From an uncultured Chloroflexia bacterium (lineage in GTDB: Bacteria > Chloroflexota > Limnocylindria > Limnocylindrales > CSP1-4), in NCBI GenBank assembly GCA_963752475.1, contig CAVVYR010000031.1, forward strand, positions 12,903-76,902: a DNA stretch of 64,000 nucleotides, in the 5' to 3' direction. Positions 19,160 through 27,866 of this stretch are shown here, piece by piece. How positions within the stretch are numbered: the first letter of the stretch is position 1; every line of letters begins with the position of its first letter. The translations under genes and the position numbers were made by a program. The notes beneath the pieces were generated by a model, which was given only the letters and a program-made list of their open reading frames with translations, searched no databases and was not told the DNA's origin.

Positions 19160-19987
19160 ATGACCGACCCCAGCCGTGAACCCGGGCGCGAGGCCGACCG
19201 CCGCGGACGCCAGGCCCCAGCCATCCCCGAAGGCGCGACCATCGGCCCGCCCGACTTCATCGGCGTCGGCGTGCACAAGGCCGGTACGACCTGGTGGTGG
19301 GCGCTGCTCGTTGGCCATCCCCTCATCGACGGCGTGCCGCGGCGCAAGGAGCTGCACCTGCTCGACCGCATGAAGGACGAGCCCATCCCGCAGGCGAAGA
19401 AGGATTGGTACGAACGCCAGTTCCCGCGCCTGCCGGGACACCTGGCGGGGGAGTGGACCCCGCGCTACCAGGCCCTCCCGCGGATGCCCGGCATCATCGC
19501 GGAGGTGGCGCCGAACGCGAAGCTGCTGTCGATCGTGCGCGAGCCGGTCGAGCGCTATCGTTCCGGGCTCAACCAGTGGCACGCCGAGAGCCGCCGCCGC
19601 TCGCTGAAGCGCGATGAGAAGGCCGGCAAGCGCGAGGCTCGCATGCGTGGCTTCTACGGCCGGCAGATCGAGCGGCTGGCAGAGGCCGTGGGCCGCGAGA
19701 ATATCCTCGTGCTGCAGTACGAGCAGTGCGTGCGCGATCCGTCGGGACAGTTCGCGCGCACGCTCGAGTTCCTGGAGCTGGAGCCGTACGATCCCGACCC
19801 GCGCCTGGTCAAGACACGCGTCAATGAGACCGTCGGCGACAAGCGCGCGGTGCCCTCGAAGGACGAGCAGGAGCTGATCGAGGAGTACGAGCCGGAAGTC
19901 CTGCTACTCAAGGAGCAGATGCCCGACCTCGACCTCTCGCTCTGGCCGCGCTTCGCCCACCTGCGGGACGCCGATCGATCGTCCTAG
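19160..19987 (+). CDS. sulfotransferase-family protein
   Basis: The 5'-PSB loop is 'GVGVHKAGTTWW' and the 3'-PB-like segment is 'LLSIVREPVERYRSGLNQW'. ATG at 19160. Confidence 0.8.
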   Translation: MTDPSREPGREADRRGRQAPAIPEGATIGPPDFIGVGVHKAGTTWWWALLVGHPLIDGVPRRKELHLLDRMKDEPIPQAKKDWYERQFPRLPGHLAGEWTPRYQALPRMPGIIAEVAPNAKLLSIVREPVERYRSGLNQWHAESRRRSLKRDEKAGKREARMRGFYGRQIERLAEAVGRENILVLQYEQCVRDPSGQFARTLEFLELEPYDPDPRLVKTRVNETVGDKRAVPSKDEQELIEEYEPEVLLLKEQMPDLDLSLWPRFAHLRDADRSS

Positions 19988-19999
19988 CGGAGGTGCCTG

Positions 20000-22115
20000 C
20001 TACCAGCCGAAGAACTCCTGCACGGCCTTGAAGCCCTCCCCGGGCTCTTGCATCGTGGGCGGGTCGTAGTACAGCTTCGCTCCGCGGTAGGCGAGCACGG
20101 CGACCAGGATCGCGCCGACAGCCTGCAGAGCGATGACCTCCGCCTTCGTCCACTGGATGCCGAGCCATTCGATGGTGTCCTGACCCATGCCGTTGTCCAT
20201 CTGGTCGGCCACGCGCCCGCTCGCCGGATCCACCAGCCACCAGCCCACCCGCTCGGTGCCGCCCAGCTCGACCGGGCGCTCGGGGGCGATGGCCACCCAG
20301 CCGTCATCCAGAGCTCGACGAAGCGTCTGCTTCGCCGACTCTGTGAAGGGCAGGGACCCCACCACCGCTGGGTCGCTGATGGCGGAGATGGCCTGTCCCT
20401 CGTCCTTGGCCACGTCGAAGACCTGCGCGACGCTGATGGAACCGTCGGATGATGCCGAGCCGAGACCGCTGCCTCCGACCATGCGCTCGGCAACGTTGGC
20501 CGCGATGCCCGGGATGGCCGCCGGGGTGCTGGCCACATCGACGCCGATGATGGGGAGCACGCCGTGGCTGCGGTGCCAGATGTCGATGGCGGTCTCAGCT
20601 ACCAGCTCGCCGCTCGAGTCCAGCCCTGCACGAGCCGTCACGGCAGTGATGTTGGGCGCATCGACGAACGCGTCGACCCCCAACGGGCGAAGGGTGAAGC
20701 CCTCGGCCAGGTGGGTCACCATCTGCTGGGTCCAGGGCACGATGCTCATCAGGCGTTGATCCTCGTCTCCGAGGTCGAGCACGCCCGCGATGGGCGAGGG
20801 GTGACCGGTCGCGACCGTCAGCCAGGAAACGGCAAGGTCAGGCGCCAGCTCGGCGATCCCGTCGCCGTCGAGGTCGATCTGGCCATCGGGGCGCAGCGTC
20901 TCTGCGCTGACCTCGCCAGCCGCGCGCATCTCGGCGAGGTACTCGGTCGAAGATGGTGCGCCGGACCGTGACAGGCTCCGTGCCCGGCGACAGGATCGTG
21001 AGGTCGACCCACTCAGCGGTGGTCTCAGCAAGGCTGGGACTGGCATCGAAGAAGCCGCCTCCCAGACCGCCACCGTCGGCGGCCTCGGGATCGCCGAAGC
21101 TGATATCGTCGCCGGCCACCACGTCGTCGCCGATGGCCAGCACAGGATGGCGGCTGGTGATGCCCAGCACGGCTTCGAAGCGTTGCGCCAGCGCAGGATC
21201 AGCGTCGGGTCCGACGTGTGCGATCACGATCGGTTCGTCGGCGACCTCGTGGGCCGGGATGGTCGCCTCGAGGATACGTTCCTGCGTCAGCTCGCCGTCC
21301 TCGAGCGTCTCCGCGATCACCGCCACCTCGAGCAGGTGCGTGCGCTCGGCAGGCACCTCGCGCAGCGTCTCGTCGGCTTCCGCCAGGGCCTCGCCGAACG
21401 CCAACCCCGGCAGGCTGGGATCGAGGTCGACCCAGTTCCCTCGATCTCCGCCTGGAGCCAGGTATGGGCCGCGCGCTCGTCGTCCGGCAACGTGCTCGTC
21501 GCTCCCGAGAGGGTGATGCCGGCCTCCGAAGCGGCTGACTCGATGATGGTCAACGTCTCGGTAGTCTGCTCGAGCATCCAGGCGTCGACGTCCTCGGTCT
21601 GCGTCGTCCCGTCGTAGCCGGGCAGGTAGGTGGCCACACTCGGCACCTCCGGTGCCTCCTGATAGCCGGGCAGCTGACTGGACCAAGCGGCCGTGCGCTG
21701 CTCGTCGAGCGCGGGACCGTCGAGGATGGCCGCCTCCATGAGCTGCTCGGCCGCTTCGTCGTCGATAGCGCCCACCGCGAGGCGGGTGTCGATGCCCAGG
21801 GCCGCCAGCAGGCGGCCCAGCAACAGCGACTGGTCGACGGAGTTGCCCGCCCGGCCGAAGAACGTCGTGGCCGGACCTCGGAGCAGGCCGCTGTAGGGCT
21901 CGTAGCGGACGTGGTCCGCGACGAAACGGAAGATGGCCTCGGGGTCATTGCCAAGCTGGTCGAGCGAGAAGCACCGAGATCGGCAGCAGAGAGCGTGAGC
22001 GCCTCCTCTGCGGGGTCGACCGTTCCGGCCTCAGATCCTGTGCGCCCACTGCACCCGAGAGCGCCATGACGCCCGAGAGTGCGAGGGCCAGCGTGCGGGC
22101 GCTTCTGCCGATCAT
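20000..22115 (-). pseudogene. secreted transglutaminase-like protein with C-terminal TM anchor; about 4 frame breaks
   Basis: The ATG at 22115 overlaps the TGA of the giant gene (ATGA). The signal peptide is 'MIGRSARTLALALSGVMALSGAVGAQ'. The core reads 'FVADHVRYEPYSGLLRGPATTFFGRAGNSVDQSLLLGRLLAALGIDTRLAVG' ... 'AAHTWLQAEIEGNWVDLDPS'. The C-terminal TM helix is 'AVGAILVAVLAY'. The frame switches near 22040, 21975, 21435 and 20950. Confidence 0.7.
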
Positions 22116-25100
22116 GATGCGTCCTCCTCGTCCGTGGTCAGCGACTCCGGTACTGCCAGTTCGTGCGTCTTGTCCTCACCGCCGACGAGCACGATGCCCT
22201 CGATCTCCAGCGGCGGGTCGGACCGGACCGCGAGCACGTACTCGCCGGGCTCGAGCTCGACGGCGTCACCGCCGACGGTCGTCGAGGCCACCGGCGCGGA
22301 GCGGTCGCTGACCGCATAGACGTCGACCGGCGCCGACACCGCCACGGTCACAGCGTCGACGAGCGCCTGGGCGTTCGCCGCGTCGTAGTACGTGCCGTTG
22401 TTGGACTCGGCCCAGCCACGCATCTGCTCCTTGACCGCGTCGTCACCGAGGGCGAAGCCGACGATGTTGAGCTTGATGTCGATGCCAGCATCCCGTAGCT
22501 GCGCGAGCGCCTCGGCCGGGTCCTCCTTGCAGGTGGCCTTGCCGTCGGTGACGAGCACGACCACCCGCTCGCCGGGCACATCCGCCAGGTCGTTCTGGAC
22601 CTCGCGGAGCGCGGCGGCTATGGGCGTGCCCGTCTTCTTGTCGATCTTGAGCTTGTTGAGGATGCCGACGGTGGCCTCGCGGTCGAGCGGACCGAGCCCC
22701 ACCAGTTGGCGCGTCTCGCAGCCGGTCTTCTTGCCCGTCCCGCCGAAGACGCGCAGAGACACCGGCAGACCCTCGGCCAAGCCGGTGTTCACCAGTTTCT
22801 TCATCGAGTTCTTGGCGATGACGATGCGCTTCTTCCCATCGAGCCGCTTGTTCATGCTGCCGCTGGTGTCGAGGATGAGCGCGACCGCGGTGCCTCCCGC
22901 GAGCCCCAGCGTCTGGCCCTCCGGCGCGACCACCGAGAGCGACGCCGGCGTCCGGTCCACGAACGACGAGGTCGCGGTCAGGGTGTATGCGGCCGGCTGT
23001 CGCAACTGCGTGGACATGCGTTCGAAGGCGCGCTCCATGGCCGCGTGCGTGGTGGGGTAGTCGTAGACGCCGCTGCTGCTGGCAGCCCACGACTGCATCA
23101 TGTCGCGCGTCGACACCGGCCGTGAGTCGGCACCGACGTGCACCGTGTAGATCACGGGCCGGACATCGTCGAGTGCGGCCCAGAGATCGGGCGCGAGGTT
23201 GGTTCCGGTCTCGGCGTCGCCGATGGCCAACACCGCACGCGTGCCCTCTCGCCCCGCCAGCAGGTTGGTGGAGGCGAGGATGCCCGAGAGGATGTCGCTC
23301 GACTCCTTCACAGGCACGTAGTTGTTGACCGCGTCCTCGAGCACGTGCGGCTGGTCGGACCAGTCGTCGAGCAGCGGGGCCTCGTCGAAGGGCACGATGA
23401 CCGCGGTCTCCCGACCGGGCTCGATGCCCGCGGTGAACGCGCGCATGCCCTCGTACACGAAGTCGAGGTAGGGGCCCATGCTGCCGCTGGTGTCGAAGGT
23501 GAAGGCCACGTTGAACGGTGGCTGCACGACCTCCAGGTAGTAGGTGCCGGGCTCGACCACGGCCTCGTAGCGTTCGCGACCCTGCGTCCGACCGAGCAGC
23601 GGCAGCTCCCGCTGACCGCCGTCGGCGTCGAAGAGCGAGAGCTCGACCGCGACCGCAGGCACACCTTCCAACACGACTTCGATGGTGTTGTCACCCTCGG
23701 GCACGTCGAGCCGATACCAGTCGGGATCGTCGACGATGACTACGCGGTCGCTGCGTGGCTCGCCGCTGACGACCGCGGTGGCCTCCGCCAGCGTGTCTCC
23801 CGCGTCCGGACCGAGCGCTGCTGCCGTGTCGGCCTCGTCGGACAGCCATTCGTAGGGCCCCACACGCGAGGTGTAGCCCCACTCCCCGAGGATGGATCGA
23901 TAGGTCTGGTCCGGCGCGCGTTCGATGATGTCGATGCGGCCCGGCAGCTCCAGCGAGCGAACCTCCGTCGGATCGACGGTGAGAGCCAGGCGAACGTAGC
24001 GCGCCCACGTCGGCGCCTCGAGCACGAACGGCTCGACGCTGCCGTCGTCAGCCCGGGCCAGGTCCCACCAGCCGAGGGTCTCCCAGGGACCCAAGGGACC
24101 GTCGGTGCTGACCTCGACCTCGAGCGCGCGGATGTGGTCGTCGGGCCGCGTGTCCTCAGGATCCGTCCAGCGCAGCTCCGTGATCTGCGCGGCCCGGGCC
24201 TCGTGGAACCCCAGGACGAGCTCGAGCCGACCCTCGCCCTCACGATCGAAGCTCGCGTTCTCGCGTCGCAACTCGTCGTCGAGGAGGCTCGTGTCCTCCG
24301 GGCCTCCAAGGTGCGGCGCGGACCAGGCCACGTGCCCGCCACGGATGGGGTCGCTGATGTCGTCGGGCATGGGCTCGAGGAGCGAACCCGGCTCGGCGAT
24401 GACCTTCCACTCGCCGATGCTCACGAAGTCCCGGCCGCCATCGCCATGGAGCGCATGCACTCGGAGCATGGCGTGCGTGGCCGGCACCGGGGTCTCGAGC
24501 GTGAAGTGCTGATCGATGGGCAGCGGCTCCGCGCGATCGGTAAGGACCGACTGCCAATCCTGGCCATCGGTCGAGAGCAGGAGTTCGAAGTCGCGTGGCA
24601 TCTCGTAGACCCTCGAGCCGCGTGCGAGCGGGTTCAGCACCATGCCGGCGACCGGGACGGGAGCCTCGCCGGCCAGATCGACCACGAGCTCGATGGGCAA
24701 GTCTCCGATGCTCCCACCGAAGCCGCCGCCCGCGGGCGTGACGCCGTCATACATGAATGCTTCCCGGTCTGGTTCGACCGTGCCCAGGTGGACACCACCG
24801 AGCGCCGCGGCGGCGAGGTTCAGCCCGCCCAGCAGCGGCTCCGGCACGGTCCAGACCCCCTGGGGTGCCACAGGCTCGGCTCCGGCGACGCCTTCGATGA
24901 CGGCCTCCGTCGAGACCAGGCCTCCGTCGACGGTGCGGGCGGCCGCATGAACGTGGACCGGCCAATCGGACCAGGCATCGGGCAACACCGCCAGGGTCAC
25001 CGGCACGTCGGCCTTCGTCCCGCCCGGGACCATGACCGTCGAAGACTCCGGCGTAGGCATGAAGGCGTAGTGGTCGCTGAGCAACTCCAGCTCGAGATCG

Positions 25101-27025
25101 AGGTCGTCCGCACCCTGGTTGTCGAGCGTGAGCGTGCCACTGACAGCCTGGGCCTCGGTCCAGTAGGCCGCCACGGTCTCGGCATCGAGTGTCAGCGTCA
25201 CCTCCAGCTCCGGCGCGGACGGCGGCTCCGCGGGTGTCCAGCCGGGCGCGTCCAGGCGCACGCTGTAGGGACCCTCGACCGCGACTTCGAGGTACAGCGG
25301 CACGCCGGCCGGGGCCTCGGTCGCGGTGAAGTCTCCGTCCTCACCCTGCTCCAGGTCGACCCGATCGTTGGCGTCAGGGTCGGAGTAGAGCCGCGCGGCC
25401 GGACGCTCGCCTTCGATGGTGATGGTGGCCGGTCCGGCCGTCTCGAGCGGCGGCAGCCAGTAGCCGTCGGCGTCGCGGCCATAGGTCGCCTGGCCACCAC
25501 TCCAGGTCAGCGTCGCCGGCACCTCGCGGGCGAAGCCGAAGGTGTCGTTGGGCTCGGCATCGACCGGGATGTGGAACGGATCGAGCCGATCCATGGTCAG
25601 CTCGTAGCCGCCGTCACCGACGCTGCGGGGGTCGAGCGTCAGCAGGTAGTCGCCCGCCTCCAGCCACAAGTCGGCCTCGATCTCCGCTCCCGGCTCCACT
25701 GCGGAAGCGCGGAACACCTCGAGGCCGCCCGTCTCGAGCCGGAGGTGGGTATCAGCACCCTCCGGCTGCGCCAGCCGGAGTCGCGAGCCGCCTGGTGCGG
25801 CCAGCGTGAAGCGGAAGACATCGTGGTCCTCGACCGTGGGCAGCCGGCCGACCTTGCGCTCACCGATGCGATAGGGCTCTGCCCGGACGTCGTCGTTGTT
25901 CGGCTCGCGCTCGGCCTCCGGGTCGGGCACACCCATGGGCACCAGCGTGATGGTGTAGTCGTCCTTGCCCAGCTCATCGTCGTCGCAGCCCGCGACCATG
26001 AAGCGGTGGCGACCAGGCCCCAGGTAGAGATCCTCGAGGACGGCCGACGTGGCCTGACATGCGGGCCGCGTGGAGGCGACCTCCCGGGACCCGCGCACCC
26101 AACGCACCTCATCGAGCATGCCCTCGGCCTCCAGGTTCCAGAGCTGCGGCTCACCTTCGACCACGAAGTCGAGGTAGTCGTCATCGACACGGCTGACGCG
26201 TCCGCGGGCCGTGGTCCCTTCTCTGACCAGGGTGGCCCGGATGGGCAGGTCATTGGGTTCCGCTTCGGAGGCCATGTCGCGAGGGCCCAGCGGGAGCACC
26301 CTGAGCTCGTATGAGGCCGTCTCGTCCTCGGTGCCACTCACGTGGAGCTGATGCATCCCCGGTTCCAGGAGCAGGTCGGTCAGCGCCTGTGGGCCCTGGC
26401 CCTGACGACACTGCAGGTCCCGGTCCTCGGAGTCGCGCAGGCAGAGCTTGTGGGAGCCCTCACCGGTGGGGATGAGCTCGATGTCGCGCAGCTGCGTGTC
26501 GCCTGCAGCGACGTTCAGCACGTAGCGGTCATCGTCGTTGGTGTCGCGGGCCAGCCGGCCGGTCGTCGCGACGTCATCGGCAAGGGGCAGCGCCAGTGCC
26601 ACGTCGTCGTTGGGCTCCGCGTCGAACCGCTCATCCTCGGGGAAGGCCGTCAGCTCGAACGGGAAGTCCGAACGCTCGACGGTGATCTCGTACTCGCCGG
26701 GCTCGAGCGCCAGATCGAAGAGGGCGGCACGGTCGGCGGCATCGGCCCTGCCGAGGTCGGCCCCGTCGGCGTCACGCAGCCCGATCCGCGTGCGCTCGCC
26801 GGCGGGCACGGTCGACTGCAGCCGCCAGTACTCATCGGGCGTGGTCACGGTCCAGGCATACACGGCGCGCTCCTCGGTAGAGGACCCGCTCGTGGTGAAT
26901 GCATCGACGACCGGCGTCGATGCGTCCTCCTGCGCGGTGGCTACGATGGGTACTGACGCGACGATCAGGACGACGGACAGCATGGACGCGGAGGCGCGGC
27001 GGAGCGCGCGGGGGAGAGCACTCAT
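22112..27025 (-). CDS. giant secreted multidomain protein: PPC-like repeats, two discoidin (F5/8-C)-like domains, two VWA domains
   Basis: The ATG at 27025 gives the signal peptide 'MSALPRALRRASASMLSVVLIVASVPIVATAQ'. Four 'EPN[DN]' module starts are seen ('DAEPNDDVALA', 'EAEPNDLPIRA', 'EREPNNDDVRA', 'DAEPNDTFGFA'), with module ends such as 'YELRV' and 'YELTM'. Discoidin-like segments include '..LLLSTDGQDWQSV..LRVHALHG..IGEWKV'. Two MIDAS motifs are present: 'FTFDTSGSM' (about 23480-23505) and 'LILDTSGSM' (about 22853-22880). The 4.9-kb frame is uninterrupted. Confidence 0.85.
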   Translation of the reverse strand: MSALPRALRRASASMLSVVLIVASVPIVATAQEDASTPVVDAFTTSGSSTEERAVYAWTVTTPDEYWRLQSTVPAGERTRIGLRDADGADLGRADAADRAALFDLALEPGEYEITVERSDFPFELTAFPEDERFDAEPNDDVALALPLADDVATTGRLARDTNDDDRYVLNVAAGDTQLRDIELIPTGEGSHKLCLRDSEDRDLQCRQGQGPQALTDLLLEPGMHQLHVSGTEDETASYELRVLPLGPRDMASEAEPNDLPIRATLVREGTTARGRVSRVDDDYLDFVVEGEPQLWNLEAEGMLDEVRWVRGSREVASTRPACQATSAVLEDLYLGPGRHRFMVAGCDDDELGKDDYTITLVPMGVPDPEAEREPNNDDVRAEPYRIGERKVGRLPTVEDHDVFRFTLAAPGGSRLRLAQPEGADTHLRLETGGLEVFRASAVEPGAEIEADLWLEAGDYLLTLDPRSVGDGGYELTMDRLDPFHIPVDAEPNDTFGFAREVPATLTWSGGQATYGRDADGYWLPPLETAGPATITIEGERPAARLYSDPDANDRVDLEQGEDGDFTATEAPAGVPLYLEVAVEGPYSVRLDAPGWTPAEPPSAPELEVTLTLDAETVAAYWTEAQAVSGTLTLDNQGADDLDLELELLSDHYAFMPTPESSTVMVPGGTKADVPVTLAVLPDAWSDWPVHVHAAARTVDGGLVSTEAVIEGVAGAEPVAPQGVWTVPEPLLGGLNLAAAALGGVHLGTVEPDREAFMYDGVTPAGGGFGGSIGDLPIELVVDLAGEAPVPVAGMVLNPLARGSRVYEMPRDFELLLSTDGQDWQSVLTDRAEPLPIDQHFTLETPVPATHAMLRVHALHGDGGRDFVSIGEWKVIAEPGSLLEPMPDDISDPIRGGHVAWSAPHLGGPEDTSLLDDELRRENASFDREGEGRLELVLGFHEARAAQITELRWTDPEDTRPDDHIRALEVEVSTDGPLGPWETLGWWDLARADDGSVEPFVLEAPTWARYVRLALTVDPTEVRSLELPGRIDIIERAPDQTYRSILGEWGYTSRVGPYEWLSDEADTAAALGPDAGDTLAEATAVVSGEPRSDRVVIVDDPDWYRLDVPEGDNTIEVVLEGVPAVAVELSLFDADGGQRELPLLGRTQGRERYEAVVEPGTYYLEVVQPPFNVAFTFDTSGSMGPYLDFVYEGMRAFTAGIEPGRETAVIVPFDEAPLLDDWSDQPHVLEDAVNNYVPVKESSDILSGILASTNLLAGREGTRAVLAIGDAETGTNLAPDLWAALDDVRPVIYTVHVGADSRPVSTRDMMQSWAASSSGVYDYPTTHAAMERAFERMSTQLRQPAAYTLTATSSFVDRTPASLSVVAPEGQTLGLAGGTAVALILDTSGSMNKRLDGKKRIVIAKNSMKKLVNTGLAEGLPVSLRVFGGTGKKTGCETRQLVGLGPLDREATVGILNKLKIDKKTGTPIAAALREVQNDLADVPGERVVVLVTDGKATCKEDPAEALAQLRDAGIDIKLNIVGFALGDDAVKEQMRGWAESNNGTYYDAANAQALVDAVTVAVSAPVDVYAVSDRSAPVASTTVGGDAVELEPGEYVLAVRSDPPLEIEGIVLVGGEDKTHELAVPESLTTDEEDAS

Positions 27026-27116
27026 CACGCGGCGAGGATAGCGTCGCGGCCACGAAGGTGAAAGTGTGACCTGCGCTAGTCTGGCCGTCGCATCAGCATC
27101 GGAGGCACACGACAGC

Positions 27117-27830
27117 ATGCTCCTGTGGGGTCTGTACATCGACCCGCTCTACATCGTCCTCTTCATCGCCACCCTGGTCATCTCAGGCGCGGCGCAGGTC
27201 TTCATCCGCTCCCAGTTCGGCAAGTACAGCGCCATCCGCAACGCGTCAGGACTGTCCGGCGCGCAGGTGGGCCAGCGCATCGTCGACAACGTGGACTTCG
27301 GTGGCAGCCGGGGGTCGGCCACAGGCATCAGCTTCAAGGTCGTGCCGGGCAACCTGTCGGACCACTTCGACCCTCGCACCAAGGAGATCGGCCTCAGCGG
27401 TGAGGTTGCCCAGCGTGACTCGGTCGCGGCCATGGCCGTCACCGCCCACGAGGTCGGTCACGCCCAGCAGGATGCTGAGGGCACGTTCGCCATGCGCGCC
27501 CGCGCGTTCCTGGTGCCGGCTGTCACGTTCAGCCCGACGCTGAGCTACATCCTCATCTTCATGGGCCTGATCTTCAACCTCACCGGCCTTTTCTGGATCG
27601 GCATCGTGGTGTTCGCCCTGATGGTCGTCTTCAGCATCCTCACGCTGCCCGTGGAGATCGGGGCCAGCCGCCGGGCATTGGTGATGCTGCGCGAGAGCGG
27701 CCTGATGACCACCGCGGAAGAGGAGCAGGGCGTGAAACGCGTGCTCACCGCGGCCGCCATGACCTACGTCGCTGCCGCCGTGACGTCGATCCTGACGCTG
27801 CTCTACTACATCTCCATCGCCCGCCGCTAG
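27117..27830 (+). CDS. YugP-like membrane zinc metallopeptidase
   Basis: 'MLLWGLYIDPLYIVLFIATLVISGAAQVFIRSQFGKYS' at the N-terminus, the HExxH motif 'AHEVGHAQQ', and C-terminal TM helices. Confidence 0.8.
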   Translation: MLLWGLYIDPLYIVLFIATLVISGAAQVFIRSQFGKYSAIRNASGLSGAQVGQRIVDNVDFGGSRGSATGISFKVVPGNLSDHFDPRTKEIGLSGEVAQRDSVAAMAVTAHEVGHAQQDAEGTFAMRARAFLVPAVTFSPTLSYILIFMGLIFNLTGLFWIGIVVFALMVVFSILTLPVEIGASRRALVMLRESGLMTTAEEEQGVKRVLTAAAMTYVAAAVTSILTLLYYISIARR

Positions 27831-27866
27831 CGCCAGCGACAGAGACCGCAAGACCGGCGTCCTCCT

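Noticed and set aside
23138-26314. 1058-aa plus-strand ORF.
   Set aside because: It is an antisense shadow of the giant VWA/PPC gene. It has no recognisable motifs and a low-complexity R/G/V/D-rich translation.
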